DNA of 64,000 nt from Utricularia gibba (taxonomy: Eukaryota; Plantae; Magnoliophyta): contig NEEC01000010.1 in NCBI GenBank assembly GCA_002189035.1, positions 2,480,001-2,544,000 on the forward strand. The letters run 5' to 3'. The translations under genes and the position numbers were made by a program. Shown here piece by piece: positions 1 to 11,054 of this stretch; within the stretch, counting starts at the first letter, position 1, and each line of letters starts with the position of its first letter. Below the pieces are notes generated by a model. That model searched no databases, was not told where the DNA came from, and saw only the letters and a list, made by a program, of their open reading frames with translations.

Positions 1-74
1 AAAGCAGGATTGCTAATCAACGAGATGTTAACTTGTATATGTTCATTCAGGAAAATTTCTCTAAAGAAAAACAC

Positions 75-2059
75 TCACCACATGCCTCTCCTTGAATTCA
101 GCTCTCCCTCCCAGACGTTGGCCAGTCTAGACTTCAAGTCAGTGGATTGGTGATATGTGTTACTCAGGTGCTCGTTATTTTTGAACCCTGTTGCAACTTT
201 GCGCCTCAGTGAATTATCCGTATGGCTTCTTCTTGGGGGTTTGTGCATAGAATCTACAAAATTTTGTACATTCATACCATCTCCTTGGTTCATCTGATGA
301 TTCCCCAATTCAACTACATCTGATATACTCCTTTGAAGAGGTTTGGCTCTCCAAGAAACCTGGCTAGATTCAGAGTTTCTAGCTTTGGACTCACCCTCTC
401 CATTGGCATCGGCTCTCCCCTTTTAACATCATTAGATTTAAGTTCAACTGAATGAATGTCACTTCCAGCAACATGCCCTTTGAAATCTGTAGGATCTGCC
501 TCCCGGGCATCATAATGGTGTTTGTTTTGAGAGGACCTACCGTGAGGCCTACTCAACGGTGCAGGTTTGTCTGAATCTTTGTCACGTTTAACTCCTAGGA
601 AGACTTCAAGTTGTTTCCTCAGCTTGCCAATGGCAGAGTTTTTCTCCTCAAATCTGGTTCTAGTTTGAGATTTTGACCATTGCTTCTCATCACACAATGT
701 GTCGACTGAATTCTGCATTTCCTTTTCAGCATCTTCATGAGATCCAACCGCACCGATCTGCTTTTCTACACCAGGCCTATCTTCATCAACATTTCTTGCT
801 AACACATCACACATCTGTTCTGTTATCTCTCTTGTCCTCTTCTCACTCTCCAGTTCCTTAACAGTCTCAACAAATGCATGCTTCATTTCTGCAAGCTCAC
901 TCCCTAGTTTCTTGTTCAAGCTCTCAAGCCTGTGTCTCAGCTTCCGCTCCAACTCCAATTCACTAGACACAGCCCGCACAGCTGCTTCAATAGAATGATG
1001 TTCTTTACTTTTCCAAGATGCCTTTTCCTCAGCAAAATGTTTCATCAAATATGTGATCTCATTCTGATGCTTGCGCTGTTCCTGAACAAGATGGTTAACC
1101 TGCAGGCGTGCCCTCTCAAGCTCCGCATGCAGAGCCGAGATGACAGACAAACCAGATAACGATTGATCTGCACGAGCAGAAAGGTTGCTGATGATCTTCA
1201 ACAGCTCTTTTGAGGTAGTCAAAGCATTGCTTATGTCCTTTAGCCTGCTCTTGCCGCCATCACAAACAGATCCATTGGATGTCATGGAGTATGATCCGCG
1301 TTCAACCTGTGATGCAGTTTGTAAGAAATACAGATTGCAAGAAACACAAAAATATTAACTTTTAATCATATGGATACTGTCAGTCCTTACCTCCATGAAA
1401 CTGCTGCGGCTAAGAGAATCAAACGTTGCACCACCTTGCTCAGCCAATCGGAGCCTCTCAGAGATTGATCGAACCCTGCCATGACTGCCTTTTGCAGATA
1501 TTTCTATCCTCTGTAAAATAAAAAGCCTAGTTGAATCTAAGATGCGCAACTGCTCACAAAGGCGATGTGATTTGAAATGAACACAGTACAGCAAATAAAA
1601 AACAAGTAAAAACATATTAACAGATGGCCAAGTCAACCTCTGATGCTGAGGGGCTTTGTGAATGATCCAAAAGAGAGTTAGATCCTGAATGCAGATCAAA
1701 TCCGAAAGATGGTTTACCCCCTTTACGACCTTTTCTACTCCTATTCCGCTTCTCACTCATTCTAGGAGAAGGGATCTCATTCATTTCCCACAGAGTAGCA
1801 GCAAGCCTGCGAGCTGAAATGGGGCGAGTTGATTTCCCACTCTGTGCATGTTTCGGTGAATCAATTGCATTTTTCACATGGGTGGTCCTCCAAAGAGACG
1901 CCGGAGTAGCAGATCGAGAACCCGAGATCCTGGAGCGACTCTTGCCAGCCAAAATGGCTCGCTTACTAAACCTGAAGCTCACAACTTTTGATGAAGCAGA
2001 TGATGAAGATGAACACCCCTTTTCCTGTTCTTTCTAGGCAATCTTACACCTTCCACCAT
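75..2059 (-). CDS. At3g11590/BRANCHLESS TRICHOME-like coiled-coil protein; 3 exons (2059-1638, 1510-1391, 1306-75) with two apparent 1-nt frameshifts
   Basis: Family motifs: RKRG[C]SSSSS..RFSKRAILAGK, SARRLAATLWEM, LKDISNALTTSKELLKI, long coiled coil, LQRSISD, LKSRL. GT-AG junctions found. Exon 1 is 422 nt but needs 423; frame breaks at AAAAGGGG near 2016-2019 and 417-420. Confidence 0.85.
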
Positions 2060-3942
2060 TGCTACACCATGCGCTTGCCTTAGCATTGACGCTAATTCAC
2101 TTCAGATACTACACTCCCCAAAAGATTCAAATCCGAAAGCAAAACACTACACGCTGCAAGAAAAAAAGAAGCATATGTTACAGGGGCGGATATTCAAAAT
2201 CGTGGTTTCACCCCAAAAAAGTAAATCGAAAGATCATACTTTTGCACTGAGAAGCCGACCTGGGCTTTCAAGATCTCACAATTTTGAAGCACCCAAGTCC
2301 AGTAAACCAAGAAAGGAGCAAAAAAAGTGTTTCAGGAAAAAGAATTACGAGCCATAAAACGTGGTTTCAATCCAGACCAATTCTAAATGATAAGGACAAG
2401 GGCGTGATGACTCTGATAGGTTGCTTTTCTCTTGGCGATGGGATGAGGGGAAAAAAGCGTAAAAACCTTGACTTCATTATGCTGGAATTCAAATCCCCAG
2501 AGTGGCCACCGCCGTGGCAAGTGATGGCCGGATTTTTATCCACATTACCATCTGCCTGCAAATATCATATTCTTTTTTGTTTCATTCGCATACTTCTCAA
2601 ATTACATGACGAATCTTCCCTTCGTCCGCTAGTGCATCCTCTGAAAGTGTCAATTTTCACCCCTCTGGGAAACTATTCAAATCCACTGCCCCTCTTAAAT
2701 GAGACAAACTTCAGTAACTCGTAGCTTTCTCTGGTTTTTTTACCCAAACAAAACAGTCTTTTGTCTCTCCCTTCCATAAAACATCATATTACCCCCGCAG
2801 TAAAAAAAAAAAAAAAGAAGAACCCCACGTGTACTCTCATGAATTAGTTGGTGTAATAATAATAAAAAAATCCTCATACATCACTCTATTTGGAAAAAAA
2901 TATTTTAAAATTAATTTATTATTAAATTTGATTACTTTTTAATTCAAAAAAATAGAAACGCTGTAAAACTATTTTTTAGATGTTTTTATCTTCCAATATT
3001 TGAATAATGATTATAAATTAGTCTTTAACTATTCAAAAAACTAGGTACAATTAACTTATATTAATTTAAATAATTGATCATTACCTCTACTAATTATTTC
3101 AAAATATTATATAGATCAATTTTATTAATGTTTTAAAATAATAAAAACTTACGTCAAATTATTAAATGATAAAAACTATTTTATAATTTGATAGAGACGG
3201 ATGACGTCAAAATCCCGAACCAATTCCTTGAATTTCAACATTGGGGAGGGGATTTACTCATGTAGCATTTCGGTTCCTAGTGCATGGCATGTGCATATCA
3301 TGAATTTAAAATAATAATAATAAAAAATATGACATAATAACGGAACACTTGCCCACTCGTCCACATCGAAATAAAAGACAACGGCTACTTGGTAAAAAGA
3401 GGAGCTGCTCATCAAGAGTGGTGCCCATGGAGTCAATGCCTGCGTTTATTATTTGAGTAACATGTTTGGATAAAAATAACTCACAACTTTTAATTTATTA
3501 ATTTATTGAATTGATTCTGTTTAATTTTTAAAGACTTTAATTTTTAGTTGTTTTGTAGTAAAATTATAAATTCAGAATATGTAATTAAATTTAGAAGTGA
3601 TTGAATTTTTTAAATCTATGTTTCAAAGATTAAATATGAGATTAATTAAAAAAACCTATATTATTTATTTAAAAAATACATTTGTAATATAATATTAAAT
3701 TATACAATAAATTAATATGTTATATTTTTAATATATCTTTTATTTTTTAATTATTTTATTTAAATAATTTAAAATTGATTCTATTCAATATAATATTAAG
3801 TACAATTTCAAATTACAGAATAGCCCCTATTTATCCAATTTAATTAAAATAATTTTTTAACGTACAAATCGCATTCACATTTTCTAGCGAAATGGGCGGG
3901 AGCGGGATGATAGGGATGACATCATGGACGGATGGGGCTTTC

Positions 3943-4087
3943 TGGGCTTTATATATGGGCCTAATTATGGGCCTGTGGCCCATGTTTTGGGCCATCTGGA
4001 GTTAGGAGTGGAGCAGGAAACGGGGAGATTGATGAAATAATAGATGTTTTAGGGCCGGAGCGGTGTATATAATTTGCATAACCCTAG
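3943..4087 (+). promoter_or_regulatory. RPS17 promoter: five site II elements plus a telo-box-like AACCCTAG
   Basis: TGGGCT 3943; TGGGCC 3956, 3968, 3988; GGCCCA 3977; AACCCTAG 4080-4087. Site II plus telo-box is the established module of plant ribosomal protein promoters. Confidence 0.75.
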
Positions 4088-4131
4088 AAGACGAGGAATT
4101 CCAGCATCCGCGTTCTGCTGCCGGCGTGACA

Positions 4132-4560
4132 ATGGGCCGTGTACGAACGAAGACGGTGAAGAAGTCGTCTCGGCAGCTGATCGAGCGCTACTACTCGAAG
4201 ATGTCTCTGGATTTTGATACCAACAAGAAGATTCTCGATGAGGTCGCCATCATCGCTTCGAAGCGTCTCCGGAACAAGATAGCTGGATTTTCCACTCACC
4301 TGATGAAGCGAATTCAAAAGGGTCCTGTTCGCGGTATCTCTCTGAAGCTACAGGAGGAGGAACGTGAAAGGCGAATGGATTTCGTGCCGGATGAGTCCGC
4401 TATTAAAGTTGATCACATCGAGGTGGATCAGGAGACGCTCGATTTGCTTGATTCGCTGGGTATGAAAGATCTTCCTGGAGTTGGTCTTAAGGAGGATCAG
4501 GGACCTGTCAGCATTGCGCCACCGATTAACTACGGACGTGGAGGCCCCAGGCGCTACTAA
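4132..4560 (+). CDS. RPS17: 40S ribosomal protein S17, intronless CDS
   Basis: [21 protein letters not shown]...[43 protein letters not shown], the eS17 signature. ATG at 4132. Confidence 0.99.
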   Translation: MGRVRTKTVKKSSRQLIERYYSKMSLDFDTNKKILDEVAIIASKRLRNKIAGFSTHLMKRIQKGPVRGISLKLQEEERERRMDFVPDESAIKVDHIEVDQETLDLLDSLGMKDLPGVGLKEDQGPVSIAPPINYGRGGPRRY

Positions 4561-4752
4561 AAAAGTTTGTGCCTATGTTTTATGTTTTCAGGTCGTCTTT
4601 GCAGTTTCCTGTTTTGAAGCCACTGAAGTTTAAGCATTTTGAGACCATGAATCAGCTTATACTGTTTCTGAGACGTTGAACATTGATGTTGGTAGAATTT
4701 TTGCACTTTGATTGGTTTAGCGCTTGATCCTGATTTTTTGCAAATGCAATGT

Positions 4753-5085
4753 GGGTTTCATCTCTGCTGCTATGAAGCCCTAGAAAGATAACTTCTTTAC
4801 CGTAGCTTCACTGCATGATAGCGTGATCAAGGATATGGGTCTATTGGGTTTCATCTCGGCTGCTCTTTATTACTAGAAAGATGGCTTATTGGGCATAGCT
4901 TCATATATGTGATACCGTGATAAAGCATCCAATATGTTTGGCTTCATCTCTTCTGCTATGAAACGCTAGAAAGATGACTTCTTCCATGGTATGCTTAGCT
5001 TCATTTGTGCTGCTATGAAATCCCAGAAGGATAGGTTTTTTTACTGTAGCTTCAATTCGATAGAGTGTGATTCAGAATGACAACC
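4753..5085. repeat. Four degenerate tandem copies of a ~93-nt unit between the RPS17 and MRS2 stop codons
   Basis: Copies begin at 4753, 4846, 4940 (truncated) and 4997. They share a GGGTTTCATCTC.GCTGCTATGAA..CTAGAAAGAT core; the three full copies also carry TAGCTTCA...GTGAT. Confidence 0.85.
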
Positions 5086-5153
5086 ATGGTGTTTATCATT
5101 TCGATGTTGGCCTGAATTAACATGGAAAAAGAGACTGAGTAACAGAAGCTTAC

Positions 5154-7070
5154 TCACTCAAGCAGGCCCTTGTGCTTGAACCAGAAGTAGAACATGGCGT
5201 ATGACACAAAACAGGCCACTGTAGAAACCACAACCAGCAGAGTCACGTTCCTGTTTCCACTAGCAGTGTCGTGGTAAAGAGGGTTCCCGATATTCTCAGC
5301 CATGATGCCCGTGAGAGCCATGAAGCCTTCCATCAGCATGGCAGCTGTGACCACCATGATCCCCAAACGCAGCATTTGGTTTTGCATGTCGTCGAGCATC
5401 ATGTTGAGATAATCTTCAGTATCGTCTACGTACTCCCTCAGCTTTGATCACAAACATGAGTGTTTTATAAAGATGTAACACCCCAATTCATGAACATTTT
5501 GAAAGATAATGAGCCATTTTCTTTGGATTAGAAGCCTCCAATCTCATTCTATCTTTTTCTAGCAAGTAAAAGCAGTGAAAAAAAAGCTAGTAAAAGCAAT
5601 GAGGGAAGATGACATACTGTTGATAACATATCAAGAGTGCCACCAACTTGGACAAAATAAGGCTCCAGCAGCCTTTCAAGCTCCTCCACATTGATCTGTT
5701 TGCTAAAGTGACTGAACCTGCTAGAAGTGATCGAAGCTCCGAAAGTTTGCTCAGTTCGTCTGTCGATTCCCCAGAGATCTATCCCCGGAGCAATGGAGTT
5801 GCTGCTAGTTTTTGACAGTAGTTTCTCATCAGCTGTGCTGAACATTCATTCGGTTTTATTGAAGTCAAACAAATTTTTCTAGCGCAAGCTACTTGAGCAA
5901 GTAAGTGGACTGAAATCTCAAACATACCAATCAGCAAAATCTTGAAGTTTTTGTGTCAGAAACATATCCGCCATATCCTGATCATCATCAAGCAGATTGT
6001 GCAACTCATCTCTTACCTAATCAGCCATGTGACATGAACTTATGCTCACAACCAAGTGACATAGGAGCCTTTTTCTACTACTGTTTCACTGTAAATTCAA
6101 CTTCTTGTATGGAAAATGTATACGAACAAGGCTAAGGAAAGATGATGCAAACCTTTTGAACACGCCCCGTGATCGAAACAAGACGGCTTTTAATCTGGCG
6201 AACACGTTCCAAATTGAGAGTACTGATTTCTGAGGTTAGCTTATCCAGGGCAGGAAGAGCTTCAAGCTCTAGTGTCTTCGCCTAGTTTAAGGGAGTTCAG
6301 AAACATTAAAAGTGAATGATTTTTCTTCAATTCTAGGCTTCAGAGCTTCTTACTTCATTCTCCAAGCATCCACAAGCAGCTTCAAGGCATGCCTCCAATG
6401 CTACAAACTCGAAAGGGAGTAACTTTGCACCATCTCTGGCTACTTCCTCCTCCTCCACATCCTCCTTACTGGAAAACGAGCCGGGGTCATTCTCCGGCCC
6501 TCCGATAGTGTTCATATCTATCCCATTCGTCCCTTCGCCATCTCCGGTGGCCTGTAACAGATCAAATTATGCATTGTTACAATAAACGCCTATCTCGTGT
6601 TGGATTTGAAAAACAAAAAATGGATTTGTGAAAAGTAATGATGCATATGTGCCAACCTGCGGCCTCACTGCATGATAATGGCGCAAAATCCTGGTTTGAA
6701 TCTGATCAACAAAAGGGATGACTGAAGGGTCTTGATAATCAAACAGGAGAACTTCTCGTGCCATGATTATCGCTTTGATATGCTCTAGTCTTATGACAAC
6801 GGCACGATCCCGACCGACAATCGTGGAAGGATACGACAATAACGGGTCAAGCATCCGGATGTCGCGACCCGGCAACCCGGTTCTTCGCATGATGACATGT
6901 TTTCCAGCCTCCAGCTGATGAACTCTCCCTGCCACGTCTACCACCAGCCACGCCCTCACCTCCTGCGCCTTCTTCCTAATCCCGCCGCCGTCTACTTCCC
7001 GTGGAAACACCTCCCCGGAGGCGTCATCTTCCACCTCCCTGGCCGGAGAATCGCCAGCCCATGTACTCAT
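5154..7070 (-). CDS. MRS2: MRS2/CorA-family magnesium transporter (MRS2-3-like), divergent; 6 exons (7070-6657, 6551-6354, 6281-6153, 6016-5928, 5837-5618, 5441-5154)
   Basis: GKHVIMRRTGLPGRDIRMLDPLLSYPSTIVGR, LPFEFVALEACLE, LERVRQIKSRL, VRDELHNLLDDDQDMADMFLT, LREYVDDTEDYLN, and two C-terminal hydrophobic helices. The GMN motif reads AEN. Confidence 0.93.
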
Positions 7071-8262
7071 AGTTAAACGCAACACTTCTAAAAGCTAAAG
7101 ACAAAAGGGTAGCTTTTATTGAAATAACTAACAAGAGAGGAGGTATGGTAAAATTATTTTCTTTTTATAATTTATTGAATTGTATTCTAAAAAAATTATA
7201 TGAAATAAAATAAATTATTTAAATTTAATATTTTCACTTTTTATAAAAATAATAATATTATTATTATTCAATATAAAAAATCATGAATTGGATTTTAAAA
7301 TAATAGATAGGATAGTGACACTAGGGGAAGGGAGCATCCCTTTCTCAAGTCTACCTAATTGTGTGTCACACCCCATGGACATTTAATTGCTAACTTAGAG
7401 TAGGAGAGGACTTTAGTGTTGCTGTTGCATATATATGTGATTCAATCCAAACTTGCATACACCCTCATCATATGAAAGTTGATGAAATATTTTGATACGT
7501 TGATTCGAAAGCTCGAATTCAAAGTTATATGCGTATTGTATAAATCACGTTTTTGTGTTACAAACTACATAGAGATAGGGCACAAATTTGTCTTTCAGAA
7601 ATTGGAAGTCAAATTGCACAACAACTATGTGTAGACTTTAGATCACTACCTATCCCACTATTACAATGAAGGAACTAGGGTTGAGTCCATTTGAATCAAG
7701 TTATTATGTCTTTTTTATTTTTTTATCGAAAAAATAATTATATTATAAAAAATATAGATAATTAATATTTGGATATAGTTTCGTCGAATACAAGTATTTG
7801 GATATGCTTGAAACTATTTAAAAATTAATATAACATATGAATGTGATCATCGAAAAATGTTTCGAAAGTCAAAAAAACGTTATAAAATTCATTTCATATA
7901 AATGGCAATGGGTTCGGATAAATTACGTGTTTATTTATTAAAATTACTGAATAAAGTACAATTAATCGGCCTTTTTTATATTTAATTTTTATAAAATTAT
8001 AATAAATGCATCGCGATTAGCCATCATGATGTGTACTTATAAATTTGCGTTGGCTGCATTTAAAAAAAAAAACGAAATATTCCAAACAATTTTTTTTATT
8101 GTATTTCATATTCACCTTCAAAAGACTTTCATCGTTTCAGTACAAAACCAATAAATGAGTATACCGACTAACGGACTAAAAAGAAAAACTGAGACATTTT
8201 CCGGGCGTGTCGCGGCGGCAGTTTATCCATAATTCTATTGGAGAAAACGCAGATCGGATTCA

Positions 8263-9033
8263 TCAAGCTGCAGTACCGGAAAACCCAAACGGATTAGCGA
8301 GGAGATTAGAGGTGGAACTAATCGAAATATAATGAGTTCTTACCACTAACTCCAAATCATCAAGGTTAAGCATCTCCGGATCGGATGCATTTGTCTGAAG
8401 CGAAGCCGACGTTGCTGGATCTGAATGACAGATATCTGAGCTGTTCGTCTGAATTGGATCCCAACATACAGTAGAATTGAAATCGTCCATTAGGAGATCA
8501 TCCATAATCGTCCATGGGGTAGCGGAGGGAGCCATCTCTGCGGCAACCAAAGGGGGAGGAGAGGGGCAAGCCGCATTTGATTTCTGAATCTGTGCAGACA
8601 CACGGTTTTTGAAATCTACCAATGTGGCTGTGAATTCCTGCAACTCTTGCAAATCATGAATATCGTTGATATTACGCTCCCACCAACGGGGTCCCTCTGT
8701 GATATTGTTCTTCGCCTTTCGGGATTCAATATTCTGTGCGCTCGCGGCGTGGGCGACCCGGTTTTCAATGCATGAAGGCTTCACTCTGCCGAAAATGGAT
8801 CGGAAAACCGGGTGGCGTGGCGGAGTGGCAGAGGAGAATGTGAAGAGTTTCCCGCCGGGGGACTTAGCCAAAATAGTTATCCCCACGCCGCAGAGAACGC
8901 TGCACTCCGCAGCTTTCTTGAAAAGCCCCTGGTGCCGCTTGGTAAACGTCACCTGCCGGCGCGCTCTGTCCACGATCTTCTTCATCTGGATCTTCCGTCG
9001 CCCCCCAGTTTTCTTAGGAACGCCGGATTCCAT
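8263..9033 (-). CDS. Type I (M-alpha, AGL61/62-like) MADS-box transcription factor, intronless
   Basis: GRRKIQMKKIVDRARRQVTFTKRHQGLFKKAAECSVLCG...SPGGKLFTF MADS domain; single exon of 256 aa from ATG 9033. Confidence 0.92.
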   Translation of the reverse strand: MESGVPKKTGGRRKIQMKKIVDRARRQVTFTKRHQGLFKKAAECSVLCGVGITILAKSPGGKLFTFSSATPPRHPVFRSIFGRVKPSCIENRVAHAASAQNIESRKAKNNITEGPRWWERNINDIHDLQELQEFTATLVDFKNRVSAQIQKSNAACPSPPPLVAAEMAPSATPWTIMDDLLMDDFNSTVCWDPIQTNSSDICHSDPATSASLQTNASDPEMLNLDDLELVVRTHYISISSTSNLLANPFGFSGTAA

Positions 9034-9349
9034 TGCAAAGCAGAGGGAAAACGAGACTCCCAGCGGCAAAAAGTGGCGCTTGAATTATTACAACGTCGAA
9101 TTTAATGCAGAAGTGGACTTCCCCACGGGCCCACGGCCCATGTATCCCCTTGAGTAAATAAGGTACAAATCCATTTTTTATTTAAAATAATAGTAGTAAT
9201 AATGCCAGTAAATCAAGAAAAAAAAAACAAAAAAATAAAAATAAAATAATAAAAGCTCCAATCGTTCATCTCCCTCAACGATCAATTATTTTATTTCAAT
9301 CAGAATCTTCAATTTACAGAATTTTCAAGAATTGCATAAAAAAAAAAAT

Positions 9350-9634
9350 TCAGCAAGTGTTGGACATCCTGATTCTCGCGGGATTCGTTCTCTTGCATTC
9401 CTGCATCAAAGCCCTTCTGGCCAGCGCAATTCTCCCGCTCTCAAACGCCGCATCGAACGCCTTGGAATCCACCCAGTTCTTCAGCAACTCCTCCTGCCCC
9501 CAGATCTCCGGTATCACGACCCGACCCGCCACCTCCATTCGGTGCCGCTTCAGCCTCTCCCGCCCGCTCCTCTCCTCCGGATCCTCCCGACCCGTCTTCC
9601 GAACTCCCGGCTCCGAAAATAACTGCGCCTCCAT
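9350..9634 (-). CDS. BIC1: Blue-light inhibitor of cryptochromes (BIC1-like), 94 aa
   Basis: GRERLKRHRMEVAGRVVIPEIWGQEELLKNWVD...ARRALM matches the recalled BIC CRY-interacting domain. Confidence 0.88.
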   Translation of the reverse strand: MEAQLFSEPGVRKTGREDPEERSGRERLKRHRMEVAGRVVIPEIWGQEELLKNWVDSKAFDAAFESGRIALARRALMQECKRTNPARIRMSNTC

Positions 9635-9647
9635 GGAAGACACCTCT

Positions 9648-9683
9648 GAAGAAGAAGAAGAAGAAGAAGAAGAAGAAGAAGAA
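9648..9683. repeat. (GAA)12 microsatellite, which is (TTC)12 in the BIC1 leader
   Basis: Directly visible, 14 nt upstream of the BIC1 ATG. Confidence 0.97.
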
Positions 9684-10567
9684 GGGTTTGCGATGAATAA
9701 TGAAAGGGGGGCGAGAGGGAGGGGGCGTCAACAAGTATATGCTTGAAGCGAATGGTGGAGGATGCAGATACGTGTCGTGAGATATTGCAGATTCTGTGGT
9801 TTGGTGGCCACACAAAGGGGAAGAGGGTGTGTGGTAGTCTACCACTGGTAGACAGGGTAGGGGTACGGAGTCTGTGGGTGGGAAAGATGATTTCCGGGAA
9901 TCTGTGGGTTATATTTGTATTTCTCGGAAGTTTAAATTTCGATTTTCGATTTTTTTTATTTTCGAAATTCCCTGAAGTTCACACGACGTTTCAAATCTGA
10001 AAATTCAAAATATGATTAAATAATCGGAGTATTTAATTTCTTTTGTCGATTATCTAAAATATCTTCTACTAAAAACAAATCAAATGGGGGGGGGGGGGGG
10101 TGCTCCATAATCATTTTTAATTATTCATGATTATAATTAGAATATTTTAATTTAATGTACCCCAATTATTATCCTTCCTAATTGATTTATTTCGACTATC
10201 TTTTTTCATAAATAAATATTTAAAAACACAGAATTTGAGGGGGGCTCATACCTTTGGTATCGAGGATAATATAATGGGCCGCATGATTTGGGCTTTTATT
10301 GATCAAGCTCAAGCCCATTTATCTTCGCCTTTGCCCAAATATCTCTTTTTACAAATAAAATAACTCAAAAAATGTCTATAGGTAGAACAAGCAAATCAGT
10401 CTTTTAATTCTGTTTTTCTAATTTTCCATATTTGTATGATATAAAAATATTTTATTTTTATTTGGTTAGAAAAGGATTGTCGTTGACGGGATGACTTGCA
10501 CGGCAAACTACCCTCTTTGGAAAATACAGAAAAATAATAAAAAATATGCCTTATTTATGGGATACTC

Positions 10568-10673
10568 TCCACGTGTCGCTCACCGGTATATAGCTTATCA
10601 TGGGGAGTGTCAGAAGGGCCCCACCCCTAATTTTCGTTCCCACGAATGAGAACCCTAATTTTCGTTGGTCGGT
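10568..10673. promoter_or_regulatory. G-box, duplicated CCCTAATTTTCGTT motif and DRE/CRT core upstream of HSFA3
   Basis: CACGTG near 10570; direct repeat CCCTAATTTTCGTT at 10625 and 10653; GTCGGT (ACCGAC on the minus strand) at 10668-10673. Confidence 0.55.
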
Positions 10674-11054
10674 GGATGTAAAATACGGCAGGAAGGAAAC
10701 CTGGGCGACGTTGCGCAGAGATCAAATCACTGAAAAAAGAAATTTTCAGTGACTCTTTTCAAAATAGTGTTTTGGAGCCCACTTTGAACACCCGTGTAGT
10801 TTCTTCTTTCTGTGGATTTGTGCTGTTCCAAAGGGGGGTTGAATAGTAGTCCGATGATGAGTGACTTGGAGGAAAAGCAGAGACAGCACAGGCTTGCACC
10901 GCCTTTTTTGCTGTGCTTGATATTTTTTGTGGTGGGTTTCAGTTGGCAATGCTTAATTCTATATATATCTTCTATGGGCTCTTATATAGTTGTGCTCTTC
11001 ACATTTTCATGAAGAACCCAATTTGGGTGTTCGATTTCTGCTGACAGAAGATTA

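Noticed and set aside
2284-2724. 146-aa plus-strand ORF upstream of the first gene
   Set aside because: No recognisable motif, low-complexity composition, and it lies in the leader/promoter region of the minus-strand gene.
3359-3395. GTCCACATCG, a USE-like motif
   Set aside because: One base shorter than consensus, followed only by a weak TAAAAAG, with no snRNA-like sequence downstream.
4753-5085. CRISPR-like or snoRNA-cluster reading of the tandem repeat
   Set aside because: Eukaryotic context, degenerate units without constant repeats and unique spacers, no cas genes, and no C/D or H/ACA box pairs.
8666-9157. Long antisense ORFs (for example 8666-9157, 9357-9746, 16963-17454, 24186-24647, 29403-29756)
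   Set aside because: They are shadows of GC-rich coding exons on the opposite strand, with no recognisable domains.
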